From positions 5,642,001 through 5,706,000 of the forward strand of contig NC_043013.1 in NCBI RefSeq assembly GCF_006345805.1: a stretch of 64,000 bases of DNA, in the 5' to 3' direction. A program made the translations under genes and the position numbers. Source of the stretch: Octopus sinensis (Eukaryota). The notes under the pieces were generated by a model. The model saw only the letters and a program-made list of their open reading frames with translations. It was not told where the DNA came from and searched no databases. Below, piece after piece: positions 23,124-36,983 of this stretch; the stretch's first letter is position 1, and each line of letters opens with the position of its first letter.

Positions 23124-25081
23124 TATAGATATATAGATATAAAGGAAGGGCATATTTTTGTGTTTCTATTGTCGCATTCTTTGTATATCGCTTCAGACAC
23201 AATTATTCAATTTATTGTTCAAGGGGGTCTAATGGAATGTCTTGTTTGTTACTGCTACTGTTTATTTTATTATTATTTTTTTATCTCACTATAATAATGC
23301 TATTCCACTACAAGCATCTGTCTCCTATCTCTCTCTCCCCTCCTTTCATTCACACATCAAACCCTCCCCCCACCTCTCTCTGTCTGTGTCGGCGTGTCTA
23401 TTTATCTCCTCCTCCTCCTCTCTCTGTCTCATTTCTATTCCATTCGGGATTAGGATATCGTCTTATCGCTCACATGATTCTCAATCATCTCCATCATCAT
23501 CATTACAATAGTGTAAGCCACCAAAGACAAGACGTGCGAAAGAGGCCTGCTGTCTTCTCGAGCCCCTCTTATCTACCCCACCTTCTTCTACGTCACCCAC
23601 AAACAACTTAATCACACACGGGATTATTAAAATTACGAATGTCGATTGTGTAGTTTAAGTTCAGTTGTTATCTTTTGTTATATTCGTGTATCTGTCGATG
23701 TAAACCCCTTTCTTCGTGTGTGTGTGTGGGGGGGTGTATTTCGTTCTTTTATATTGTCTCCAATGTCCGGGGCCCTTCTGGTCAATAAAAGAAATTATTT
23801 GATAGAACTCGTAGAGCGTCGAACAAAAATGTTTAGCATTTCTCTCGGCTCTTTTTGCGTTTTGAATTAAAATCTTGCTGAGGTCAACTTTGCCTTTCAT
23901 CCCTCGATAAAATAAAGTTTGGGGTTCGATGAAATCGACAAGCTTTCTTCACCAAAATTTCAACCCTTTTGCCTATATTAAAAACAGAATTTGTTATTAA
24001 AGTAGCGAGTTGGCAGAGTTACGTTTTGAGCTCAAATTCCGCCGGTGTCTACTTTACCTTTCATCCTTTCTGGGTCGATATGATAAGTACCAGTTGTGCC
24101 GAAATTTGAAAAAAATATTGTTGTTGCTGTTTGTTTAATTATTAATTTATTAATTAGTCTTTGTCCTGTTTTATTTAACTAAAGAAGTCTTTTCAATTCA
24201 GCCTGTGATATTGTAGTACAAACCTACCTTCCTGTCTGTCTCATCCCACCCCTCTGTCCATCACCATACCTCACACTAGCTTCATTATTTGTTAAACACT
24301 TTCATGTCACTCAGTGGCCCTTTTTTACATTTAAGGCTTGTTACAATCCTTCTCCCCCGCCAAATTTTCCTTTTCCTTTCAAATTGGAGTTAAGTTACAG
24401 GTTTTTGTTTGTTTTTAATTTAGCGGATTACACACACTATACATATATACAACACACACACACGATATTGTGAGAGGTGTCAAGTAAAGCAGGCTCATAT
24501 CTGCCTTTAACTTTAAGCCTCTTAGGTGAGAGTTCCCTAACCCCCAATGGTTAGAAGTGTCACTGGTGTTACCCTCATATTGTTCATTGTTTGCAAATGC
24601 ACTTGAATTTTCTCTCCCTTCAAACAATACCCACGAAAATATTCAAATTGCATTTCTATATGGTTGTTCCACCTGCTAAAAATAGTGCTCAATTCTCTCT
24701 CAGTTTATGGACTCCACTCATGGCTGTGTGTTATAATTAAGAACTATGCTTAGTACAGTAATTTTTTTTGCTTTGTCTTCTACTGCAGCCTCATGTTGCC
24801 CAAAGCCTTGTGAGTGAAACTAGATAAGCAGAAATCACGGAAATTCGTTGTAGAGTCAGCTCTTGTGTCTTTGTTGTTTGCAATTGATTTAATCCTTTAC
24901 CATTTTAACCACCAACTAAACCCTTCAGTGTTTTTAGGAGAATTGGGTTAGGTGTCTGGTCTGAGAATATTTCCTGCCTTCCATTAGACATATGTCTTGT
25001 AAAAAGATCATGGACACGGTGCTTCTATCTCAAGGTTATTTAAAAAGATAAAATTCAAACCTTACATCTTAATGGTTAGGG

Positions 25082-25203
25082 CAGTGTTTCTTAACCTTTT
25101 TACCCTTGCGTAACCCTTAAATTGCATATCTCAACCCCTGCACAAAAAAATAGTATAAAAAATTATATACCATATCTTTCTCATCATAGTTCACATGGTA
25201 AAT

Positions 25204-25241
<38 letters not shown>

Positions 25242-25458
25242 ATGTCCATAAATTATAGATATCACTAAATATATTCCCAATGGTTGTAATATTTTTTTGA
25301 TAACATAGGTTAGATAGGACGATGTCTATATTACAATAACCAATAATGTGTTGTGCATGAATAGTAATATTATAATCATGAAATTAGCATTAGCTTATCT
25401 CACTCTTTCTCACAGAACCCCATGGAACCTTTTGTGGAACCCCGGTTGAGAAATGCTG
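25082..25458. mobile_element. hAT (Charlie-like) MITE
   Basis: TIRs CAGTGTTTCTTAACC / GGTTGAGAAATGCTG; 8-bp TSD GGTTAGGG / GGTTACAG (6/8). Confidence 0.7.
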
Positions 25459-25789
25459 GGTTACAGTGTTACACTCACAAGATTATAGTGCCAATTCCCA
25501 GACTAAGTGATGCACTGTGTTCTTGGGCAAAATCCTACATTTCACATTTCTCCAGTCCACTATAAATGAGTGACCCTGGAATGGACTATGATCCTATTCA
25601 AGAGGAATGGTGCTACCCCAGTCATTTATGCACTTTAGAAACCAGGTAACTTGCCCTGTTAGTCCTAAGATTCCTGACAGCAATGTAAAATGTCCTACCA
25701 TCTTAGAAAAAGAGGACATATTGATCAATCTGGTCAAGTGTTCACACTATTACCTTGGACAATACTTGTGCTTGTGGCAGCATTCACCT

Positions 25790-26800
25790 GAGATGGTTTC
25801 AACTAATGAGTTTACCATGTCCTTCACAAATGCTGACTACATCTGATAGTTGGCTGCAATAAAGGCTGTAATGGATACCCACTCTTGGTTCTACTGCCAA
25901 AGATCATAGATACTGGGACCTGATTGTGCTTCCATGTCTGCTTTTACTGTTACCAATCACATCTTCAATTGTCCTTTAGCTCATTTGTGCCAGCCTGGGA
26001 GGGCAGCTGAGGTGACCACATTGTGAATGACTTCCTCCAGAAGCTAATGTAGAGTATAGCCAAGTCACCTTAGAAGTCTTGAGAGTCGAACTTATTGCAG
26101 AGAATTGATGCAACAGTGTTGTCATATTTCAGGGTTCGATATGAAGTCCAATGGACAAACACGAGGAATTCAACATAGGCTTGGAGAATAGGATCGTCGT
26201 GGTTGGGATGTGCCTGATCATGTCATCAGTCAGGGTTGACCTGGATCCAAACAACAACCACCTAACAAAATCTCTACACAATTTCAGAGCTGCTATCATT
26301 TGGAGTGGTAAACACTATCATCCTGTGGTATCTACTTACAGTTAGGTGGACTGGGCTGTTGTAAAAGTGTTGGGAGACTTGGGTACAGTACAGATACAAC
26401 ACAGTTGTCTATGGCTAGAGGTTTTTTTTTTTTAAATATTACTTGCAGGGTCTGAAGGAAAGCAATTCTCATGTCCTTCAGAGGTCCCTCTAGACATGTG
26501 AGAACTGAGCTATTAATATTCTTCTTGAATATTTGTAAGTCAACAGTTGTGGGAAAGCCATGAACCAGGAGGAAATTCTAGAGGGCTGATGTCCTGGGGA
26601 GGAAGGACTGGATGTAGTTATTAGTGAGGGACTTGATGGGGTTGCAGACAAGTGAAGAGAGAAGGAGAGGTGAATGAGATGGAAATGCTTGTGAGTTGGG
26701 GTTAGCATGGGCCCATCCAGCTCCAAGGAGCAGCAAGTGGTGCATTTTGTTTAGTGATACATCATAGTACCCTTGTGACTGGTATTGTTTCTCATTACTA
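25790..26800 (-). mobile_element. Highly degenerate RTE-type LINE relic
   Basis: Minus strand LEEVIHNVVTSAALPGWHK*AKGQLKM*LVTVKADMEAQSGP...W resembles RTE ORF2 C-termini; many stops. Boundaries approximate. Confidence 0.45.
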
Positions 26801-27372
26801 CACACGTTCCCTCCAAGCACTACTGTAAATGGCAGAAGTGAGCTAGAATGTTAAAACTTAGTTCGCATGCACAGCAGAGTCCAAGGTCAATCTGTACCAA
26901 ACGGCTTCACTCTGCGTGCTTTGACTTCATTACTATGGCAACAGCCCAGACACTTACTGATCAGACCTTGTATATTGGCAAACGGTCTTTGAGGGATACC
27001 ATTTTCTGCACTAACAAATTCTGCCTCTTTTATATTCCAGTGCATATTACCGTTATTATTTCCAGTGTGTTTATATTGGTGTCTACCCAGGTCAGTCTTG
27101 GCTGCATCTCCAGATTTAACTCCTGATTCTCCAAATCTTTATCTTCTCAAGGAATGTTCCATTTGGAGGGGATTAGTCACTGAACAGTTCCGAGTAATCA
27201 GTTGTACACTTATAAGTGTTCCAAACATGACCATCCATTGTTATTGTACAGCTAGGCTTACCTTGTGTGCATAGTTATCGTGGTTGTTTGATAAATAGGT
27301 TTGTTTTACAGTCTCATGGAGTTCTGGTTTAGTCCCGCAGCACAGCAGTATGTTAGGCAAGTTTTTTTCCTA

Positions 27373-27969
27373 TCATAATCTTATATTGATCCATGTCCTG
27401 TGGGTGAATCCAGACAAGGAACTATGTGGAAGCCAGTCAGATGAAGTAGTAATCCTTAATCTTGGCTGATCTCATTTAACACTCTCACCAATCCTTTTTG
27501 TAGGGTCCATTCTGTTGCAAACATTTGGGGAGCGCAGTGACTCTGGTCTAAGGACAGTTTTTGAGAGTTGGTTTCTTCCTACCCCCACTACCAATCCAGT
27601 CTTGGAGACCCTGTAAAGAAGGAAGATTGGCAGCCATGAACCTTTATGGGTCATGGATGCTAATTCTCATAATCTTATATTGATCCATGTCCCGTGGGTG
27701 AATCCAGACAAGGAACTATGTGGAAGCCTGTCAGATGAAGTAGTAATCCTTAATCTTGGCTGATTTCATTTAACACTCTCACCAATCCTTTTTGTAGGGT
27801 CCATTCTGTTGCAAACATTTGATTGTTTTGGGGAGCGCAGTGACTCTGGTCTAAGGACAGTTTTTGAGAGATGGTTTCTTCCTACCCCCACTACCAATCC
27901 AGTCTTGGAGACCCTGTAAAGAAGGAAGATTGGCAGCCATGAACCTTTATGGGTCATGGATGCTAATTC
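27373..27969. repeat. Direct tandem duplication: 294-bp unit (27373-27666) and 303-bp unit (27667-27969)
   Basis: The copies differ by 4 substitutions and one 9-bp indel by my alignment. Confidence 0.92.
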
Positions 27970-30371
27970 TTTTTTGGCTCGGATCATAAAAATTCATAAA
28001 AGATTGGGTGACTTCTTAGGGGACCTTCCTCCCCACAACAGTCCCCACTTGTTATGTAAGTGGTCTGTGGATGTGATACCTCTTTGTAGGAATATGAAAT
28101 GGACTTTCAATTTGTTAAATACTTGACACTCAAGTATTTAATAGCTCAAGTGGTTTTTTCACTTTTGTGCATCATAGAAATCTGTTGAATTTTAAAAATT
28201 TTTCATTCATGCATTAAAACAAAAAAAGAAAACAAGCTCCAGTGACTAGTTTTCTCTCATATATATATATATATATATATATGACTATATTTAACATGAT
28301 TTTTGATAACTCTTAATTAACTAATTGTAATTCGATATTAATTTTGGTGGCCTTCATAGTAAGAACTTTTATCATTGCAATTTTAATGTTGGTGCTGTTC
28401 TAAATAAGGACAGCGCCTCTTGCTTACATTGTCTGGTGAATGTGTGTTGGTGTTCTCCCTAAGACACTCCCATGCAGACAGACAGGCAAACACCTTCATC
28501 AGTTCTGACTGCTTTATTAAAACAATGTTGGGTTTGTGTATGTGTGTTGCTGGTTTATGATGGTTGTGTGGTTAAGGAGTTTGCTTCCCAACTGCTTGCT
28601 TTGGGTTTCAGGTTCAATCTCGCTGCATGACATCATGGGCCAGTCTCGTCTACCATATCTTTGGGCAGACCAGCACCTTATAAGTGGAAACGAAAAGAAG
28701 CTCTGTGTGTGTGTGTTTGTGCGTGTATGTTTGTATCACCTTGTCTTGACATTGTGTGATGGTCGTAATGAGCGTCACCATCAAACAAGTTCTCTTTTAT
28801 GACCGGTCTTCCGTGACAACGCATCAGACTATAAGAAATTATTCAAAATATATTACATTGCTTGGAAATGGCTGATGACAGGAACAACATCCAGTTACTG
28901 AAAATCTTCAACAAACTTCACCCAACCCATGCACACATGGAAAATCATCTTTTACTGTCCATGTTCCATGATAGTGTTGATTGGATGGTTTGACAGGATC
29001 CAGTAGGTCCAGAAACTGCACCATCCTCTGGTGTCTGCTTTGGCTTGATTTCTATGGATGAATGCCTTTCTAATGCCAACTGCTTTTCAGAGTGTACAGG
29101 GTAGGGTTTTTTTTTCCTACCAGCACCAGTGAGGTCACCATTCAACTTGAAATTACTGAACCCTGAAGTTGATGTATGTGTGGGGGCAGGCAGCTTTATG
29201 CTAAGAGATGAGGGGTTAAAGTATGATGGAAGGGACCAAGCCAGAGCAGAAAAGATTTCTTATTGTAGAGGAGCTACACGACTAATTACAAATGGACATT
29301 AAAACAGTGTTAATGTTTTGTACATGAACATTCCAAATGGAAATTGTTGCTATTCATTAATTTTTGTTGCAGTCACTGGTGTTATAATTTGTGAAGTCTA
29401 ACGAGCTGTGTTGTGTTAATTAAAACATTGCTTGTTATAATTGTCTCTATTCTTGCACAAAACAGAATCTGAGGTTACTGCACATATTTCATATTAGTAG
29501 GTATTTTTTTTTTCTTATTAATTTTAGTTTAATGACTAAGTTTGGTATTATTGTTCGGAAATTGGCTGCCATGATATTTTTCTAGTGACTAATTCTTTGA
29601 TGACATTAGATTTATCTATTTCATTGTAAAAATCACAATCCGAATTGTGGCCGAAGCCAGTGCCGCCTCGACTGGCTTCCGTGCTGGTGGCACGTAAAAT
29701 GAACCAATCCGACCGTGGCCGTTGCCAGCCATGCCTGGCACCTGTGCGGGTGGCACGTAAAAAGCACCCACTACACTCACAGAGTGGTTGGCATTAGGAA
29801 GGGCATCCAGCTGTAGAAACATTGCCAGATAAGACTGGAGCCTGGTGCAGCCTTCTGGCTTCCCAGATCCCCGGTTGAACCGTCCAACCCATGCTAGCAT
29901 GGAGAACGGACGTTAAACGATGATGATGATGATTGTAAAGCATCAGAAATCGACGGGTTATTGTTCATGATGATGATCATTATCATCAACATCCATTTTC
30001 CATTCTGTCATGAGTTGGACAGTTTGACAAACTGGCAAGGCCAGGTTCCACACTGGGTTCCATAATCTGTTTTGGCATGGTTTCTACAGTCGGAAGCCCT
30101 TCCTAGCACTAACCACTTTACAGAGTGTACTTGGTGCTTTTAATGTGGCACCATCACCAGTGCTTTTTTGTGTGACACCAAAAATTCGTGGATCATTAAA
30201 TGGTATTTTGGGACTGGGTTTTCTACAAATGCCCTTCTTGTTGTGCCCACCCTGGTTTCCAAGCAAGATAATAATCTTCAAGCCTATTGAACAGCAAACA
30301 GTCTGGACTTGTTTACATGGAGGACTAGATACGAGCAACACTATGAATTAATTTTTTGTTTACAAAAATTG

Positions 30372-30533
30372 CACGGAGTGGCTGTGTGGTAAGTAGCTTG
30401 CTTACCAACCATATGGTTCCGGGTTCAGTCCTACTGCATGGCATCTTGGGCAAATGTCTTCTGCTATAGCATCGGGCTGACCAAAGCCTTGTGAGTGGAT
30501 TTGGTAGACAGAAACTGAAAGAAGCCTGCCGTA

Positions 30534-30578
<45 letters not shown>

Positions 30579-30787
30579 ATATGTTTGTGTGTCTGTGTTT
30601 GTCCCTCTAGCATTGCTTGACAACCGATGCTGGTGTGTTTACGTCCCCGTCACATAGCGGTTCGGCAAAAGAGACCAATAGAATAAGTACTGGGCTTACA
30701 AAGAATAAGTCCCGAGGTTGATTTGCTCGACTAAAGGCGGTGCTCCAGCATGGCCACAGTCAAATGACTGAAACAAGTAAAAGAGTA
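30372..30787 (+). mobile_element. SINE family A (young copy)
   Basis: Near-identical to 245-660. Further diverged or partial copies at about 40780-41180, 58875-59195 and 61120-61500 (+), and 43560-43680, 52260-52410, 52990-53130, 58310-58450 and 61510-61640 (-). Confidence 0.85.
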
Positions 30788-32776
30788 ATGTCATGGTATG
30801 CTGAGAATTCCAGCCATGCTTTCAAGGATTGCAAAAAGAATCAAATCATCAATGAGACCATTGTTTATAACCAGGAAACACATGTGGAAATGAGGGAAAT
30901 ACATACTCATGCATGCACGCATGCACACACACTAGGAAGGCATCCAGCCATTTGCCCCAATTCTCATCTGCATGGAAAAGCAGATGTTTAAATGATGAGG
31001 ATTTTATTCCTATATATATATATATATATATAGTTGCTATTATGTAGAAGTGTTGTAAGTCTAAAATATTACTTTTCCAGAACAACGTAAAAAACAGTTT
31101 CGTCATTCTATAGCAAAACTGTTGTACTTACACTTTGACAACTTTTGATATCTTAGCATCTGAAGCAGCTGGAGATACGATAGTTTGACCAAAAGAACCG
31201 GCTATTGCAAGCAAAAATAAATATTGAGAAAAATGCATTTGACCAAATTTGGACATGCAACAGTTGCACCAATTCGATCGTGGCCGTTGCCAGCCTTGCC
31301 TGGCACCTGTGCAGGTGGCACGTAAAAAGCACCCACTACACTCATGGAGTGGTTGGCGTTAGGAAGGGCATCCAGCCGTAGAAACATTGCCAGATAAGAC
31401 TGGAGCCTATTGCAGCCTTCTGGCTTCTCAGATCCCCGGTCAAACCGTCCAACCCATGCTAGCATGGAAAACGGACGTTAAACGACGACGATGATGATAT
31501 ATATATGGTAATAGGTTTGTACTATTCAAAGATCCTGGTATAGGAAGTTAGTAAGCTTCAAGCACATATACAGCTAGTACAGATAACAAAAGGGGGACAG
31601 TATATAATAAAAACAGTTTATTAACATCATTAGTTACATATTTTGTCCCATATTGACATCAATGGAAATTTCGAAAAACTGACAGCCACCATCCTACTCG
31701 TTACACACATACACACATACAATGTACTGTTCTGGTGAGAGATAAATATTATTTGATAGATACATGTTTTATATGCTATTAATAGTTTCTTGTTACTGCG
31801 AACATGCCAAATAATGAATTATGACATGTGTAATATCTCTGCATAGTCATCAGGCACAAACCGCATAGCATATATATTACGATAGACTTCTTTTATTTTT
31901 CGTCTACCAAATCCACTGAAGGTATTTGTCAGCTTGGGGTTATTATAGAAGACACTTGGCCAAAATACCAGAGAGAGAGACTGGAGTGAAGACCACATGG
32001 TTTGTCAGCAAGCTTAGTTGTCAGTTCTTGCATGAGACATTAATGAAGATCAACTCTATAGATGATGTCCATCACATGTAATTTTATAAATTCTGACCAC
32101 TCCCTACTCCTCTGACTAAAGAATGTCTGAAAATATTGACTCCAATGAAAGATGGTCCACAAATGGTTACTCATGAAGAAAAAGAAATCATTGCTGATTT
32201 AATGGCATTATAAAACAAAAAAAAGATATGTTTCAGGAATTACTATGGTGCTACATCAACTTGTTTGTATTTCAAGAACAAAAATACTTCTTCTTTCATC
32301 ACTAGGATTATATTCACATTTGATTTATATGGCTGTCATCATCATCATTGTTTAATGTCCACTTTCGCTGCTGGTATGGACGGTTTGATTGAAAACTGGC
32401 AAGCCAGAAAGCTGTACCAGGCTCCAATCTGATTTGGCAAAGTTTCTAGAGCTGGATGCCCTTTCTAATGCCAACCGCTGAGAGTGTAGTGGGTGCTTTT
32501 TATGTGCCACCAGCATGAGGGCCAGTCAGGCAGTACTGGCATCGACTACGCTTGAATGGTGCTTTTTACATACCACCAACATGGGTGCTAGTCAGGCGGC
32601 ACTGGCAAAAAATTTCACTTTGCAACTATGCGGTTTTTGGTTCAGTCCCATCTCCCAGCACCTTGGGCAAGTGTCTTCTACTATACTCCAAGCTAATCCA
32701 TTCCTTGAGAATGAATTTGGTAGGCAGAAACTGTGTGGAAGCCCATAATGTGTGTGTGTGTGTGTGTGTGTGTGTA

Positions 32777-33388
32777 CACAGACATGACGAGTAAATAGAC
32801 ACCCTTATTATTGTTAAAAATTATTTAAATCTGAAATTATACATTCAAGTTATTTTTTGCTATAATGTGAATATCTAATATTTAGTAGATGTGCTCTTTG
32901 CATTTTTCGTTGCAAGGACCCTATTAGGCATATTACTCGTCAGATGATGAATATTCTCTTGAATTTCCTGCCAAGTTTCATACTGTAATCTTTGAGCATG
33001 CTTTCTTGTCCTTTTTACAAAGTGTCCTGTCCATTATGCTCCAGAGATGTTCAATCTTCTGTCAGAGGGCTCTGGTTGATCTGGGTGAGGTAATGTGGAC
33101 TCCTTCCCCTCTTTGGTGAATTGCACAATCACACTATTAACTGTAGAAAGTGGGATTTCAAGGTTTTCTGTGATTTTTATGCTAAGTCCACCTTCAAATT
33201 GACCCACAATATGGCCTCTTTGAAATTCAGACTGTTTCAAGGCTTCTTTTGTATGTGGAACGATTAAACAGTCACATATAGAACCTGAAACATAAAAATG
33301 TTAATTAATAAGAAATATAAACCTTTTCAAGTTAAAATAAATATAAATCAATGTTTTATGGGGTGTCTATTTACTTCTATCATGCCCG
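32777..33388 (-). mobile_element. Internally deleted Tc1-like transposon
   Basis: TA-flanked TIRs sharing GCATGA/ACATGA..AGTAAATAGACACCC. Retains the N-terminal HTH (SEFQRGHIVG..IPLSTV) and C-terminus (WQEIQENIHHLTSNMPNRVLA..KY) but lacks the DDE core. Confidence 0.75.
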
Positions 33389-35704
33389 TATGTTTGTCCT
33401 CTGCTCTGACCGTTGGTATTGGTTTGTTTGTGTCCCTGTAACTTAGTGGTTCAGCAAAGGATACTGATAGAATAAGCACCAAACTTTAGGAGCAAATACT
33501 GGGGGCAATTTTTTTGAGACCTTTGGAAGTATGCTGTGTGTGGGAAGACCCGGCAGGACAAGTGAGACCATAACCCATGGCCTCTACCTGGGACATAGCC
33601 AGCCCACTTATGCATACCTTTCCTTCTTGTGACACAAACCCTACTTGTGAAGACCTGTTGAGGCAAGTGAAAATCAAAAATCAAAATCAAAATCGTTCAA
33701 CATCAATGGAAATTGTAGCTGTGGCACGTAAAAAGCACCATCCAATTGTGGCCGTTGCCAGCCTCGTCTGGCCCCCGTGCTGGTGGCATGTAAAAAGCAC
33801 CACCCAATCGTGGCCGTTTTGCCAGCCTCGTCTGGCACCTGTGCAGGTGGCACATAAAAAGCACCCACTACACTCTCGGAGTGGTTGGCATTAGGAAGGG
33901 CATCCAGCTGTAGAAACATTGCCAGATCAGACTGGGCCTGGTGCAACCTTATGGCTTCCCAGACCCCAGTTGAACTGTCCAACCCTTGCTAGCATGGAAA
34001 ATGGACGTTAAACGATGATGATGTGTGAAAGGCTAGATCTGGCTGGTTTGAACATAAAACAGGATATTTGCTGGACATGACTGGTTTAACCCTTTAGCAT
34101 TCAGATTACTCTGTCAAATGTAATTCTTATTTATTCACATTGTTTTAAATTCATCATGAATTATCTCAGTTTTGAGATTTCCAAGATGTGATTGCTTGTT
34201 TTTGGAACGACATTGTAGAGTAGGTGTGAGAGGCCAGCTCTGGATGGTTTGAACATAAAACATGTAGAATATTTTGGTTGGATATAACTAGTTTGATTTC
34301 TAAAGGGCAAAAGGATTGGTTTTGTTGTGCTACCATATTTGGGAAATTTGTGGGAGGCAGTCAATATAATGTCATCTGCTGCCATGTAAATAGGGCAGGT
34401 ATGGCTTTTGGGGCCCTGCCATAGAGCCTGGCAGAAAACCTGTTTCTGAGATCTGAATTTTTAGATTAATCCTGAAATCATCTGACTAGTGTCCCTCTTT
34501 CCTTTCTCATCATCACCATCATTTTAATGTCCTCTTTTCCATGCTTGCATGGGTCAGACGAAATTTGTTGAGGAAGATTTGGATGTCCTCCCTGTTGCCA
34601 GCCCTCACCTGTTTCCAGTCAAGGTAAATATTTCACCATGGAAGGCAGGAAACAAACAACATCGCTCATATGATGATGATGATGTTCATTTCCAATTATT
34701 GCATGATGTCAACACAGGGACATGCACACACACACACAGTTTCTTTCAACCAAATCCACTCACAAGGCTTTGGTCAGCCTGGTACTATAGTAGAAAGCAC
34801 TTGTCCAAGTTGCCACCCAGTAGGATTGAATCCCAAAACCATATGTTTGGAGAACAAGCTCAACCACACAGCCACACCTGTACCTCTGTTGAAATTTAAT
34901 TACGTAGAATAAAATCTTTATTAACACACTGCACCACCACCACCTTAATGTTATGTTGGCTGAAGAAATGTTAGCTTTAAATAAGTTATTGCAGATGCTA
35001 TGCTGTGTGTAACATGACTATTTAAATCTCAGCTGACTGTTTGTACAAGATCTATTCATGATGTAGCAGTTAAAGAATACATTCTTTATTCATCTTCTGA
35101 ATAGAAGTTATTGGTTGATATATATGTTAGGAAAGACAACTAGATTTGTGTTGATGTGGAATAGAAATGGCTGATGTATGCTGGGTTAAAAGTTGCTTAG
35201 CTCATGATCAGCAATGACATGGAAGACCCATGGCCAAAGACATTCAAATCTTGGCCTTTTCTTTTCTTAACCCATTTGAGGCTGGTCTGAGTTCTGTGAT
35301 ACACATTTCCTACTTTAACCCTTTCATTAGCAACCTGGCTGAAACTGGCTCTGAGTACAAAAGTCTTGTTTTCATAAGTTTTGAATTAAAATCTTCCACC
35401 ACACCTTGGTCACAACTTATGTTCCTGACACTAGCTGAATGATAACTAAGTTATTTTAGTAAATTCTTTGTTGTATTTAAAGTAATTGAAAGAAACACAG
35501 AGCATCTCAAAATAAAATACAGTAAAGAAAGGGTTAAAGTGATCTAAATTGAAACCTTCCATTAAAATTTCATGTTAATGTTTCAGATACCAGCTGAATG
35601 ATGACAGAATTGAAACAAAAGCACCGTATTTCAACAGAAATATGGAAAGAAAAGAATTAAATACAATAATTTAACCAATCCTTTTTAAAGATGAAAGGCT
35701 GTAG

Positions 35705-35935
35705 TTTAATCTTTCCGCATTCAGATTACTCTGTCAAATGTAATGCTTTTTCATTCACATTGTTTTTAATTAATCACTCGTTATCTTGTAGATTCAAAAT
35801 TATGATGATGTGATAGTTTATTTTTAGAATGACATTGAAGTGTAGATGTAATAGGCTGGATCTGGCTGGTTAGAACTTACAAACAAGTAGCATATTTGGG
35901 TTGGATACAGCTGGTTTAAATGCAAAAGGGTTAAG
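35705..35935. mobile_element. Second ~230-bp TTAA MITE family
   Basis: Homologous to 1-175, 34087-34306 and (reverse) 55820-56036; ends AAAGGG|TTAA. Confidence 0.65.
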
Positions 35936-36299
35936 GAAGAGTTGGCTGCTATTTCTAGCAGGTTGAGTGACCAAGTAGATGTTCTCTTGTTAGCTTGTGA
36001 GTCAGTTAAAAGTGATTGTAATTTGGTGACTAGTAGTCTAAAACGAAAGACTTTAGTTGAAGTGGCTTGGCGAAACTGAAACCAAAAGGGTTGAATGACC
36101 ACTTGAGTTATGCTGCAACAGTTTCTGACTCATTCTGTCAGAGAAATAGAGATATTACAATGGTGGCGAGGATTTGATGCTTAGTTTTAAGTGTAATGTG
36201 TCTGCAGGTCTATGAAATATTTCCAGTGATGCTCTGAAGCTTTACAACAATTGTATATGACCAAGTATAGGTTTGGAAAAAATTCTCCCTCCATTTATC

Positions 36300-36769
36300 T
36301 ATCCATCCATCTCCATCACCCACTTATTCTTGTGGAGGGGGAGGGATGCAGTTCTCGGACATTCCCTTCAGAGGATCCTATCGGAAGTAACCATCAGCAA
36401 ATACTTCTGCTGGATTCCCAAGCAAAACCAATTGATGCTGTGGTTATTATCTAACCATTCTCAGTCATAATATTTACTCAAGGTTTCCTACTCATCGGCA
36501 TTGTCCATAAAATCTTTCCTGAGATTCCTTCCTCAGACATTCTAGCTATATGCTGGTAAGTATACCAGAGCTATGACTTCTCAGTGCAGACCTTATCTGG
36601 AGCAATTCTCTGATTTCTAAGCTACACACACTATTGATTAATTGCAGGCAACTCAGTGTGGTTTCAAGTGACAGAAGAACTCTTTGGTTTGACCAGGCGG
36701 TTAATGTTGTCATCCAAGCAAAAATGGATAAGTCTTACAGAGCTTAGCTTGAAACTTCTTTCATGACTA
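36300..36769 (-). mobile_element. Degenerate RTE-type LINE 3' region
   Basis: Minus strand HIARMSEEGISGKILWTMPMSRKP...W...DRIL resembles RTE (GHVARM..RIP.KLLW..P). Confidence 0.5.
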
Positions 36770-36983
36770 TTAACCCTTTTTAAATGGTTGATGTAAATTT
36801 ACGCACACCATGTACTTGCTTTAAATCAGCTGACTTAATCATACACTGCCTGGCTTAGAACCTGAGTTAGTACTGGTCCATCTACCAACTGATAGGCCAA
36901 TTAGGTGGTCCTGCCTCTCTGGCTCTGTCAACTTCGTCTTCGCATCCTACCACTCTGGCTCCATCAACTTCATTGTCGAATTC

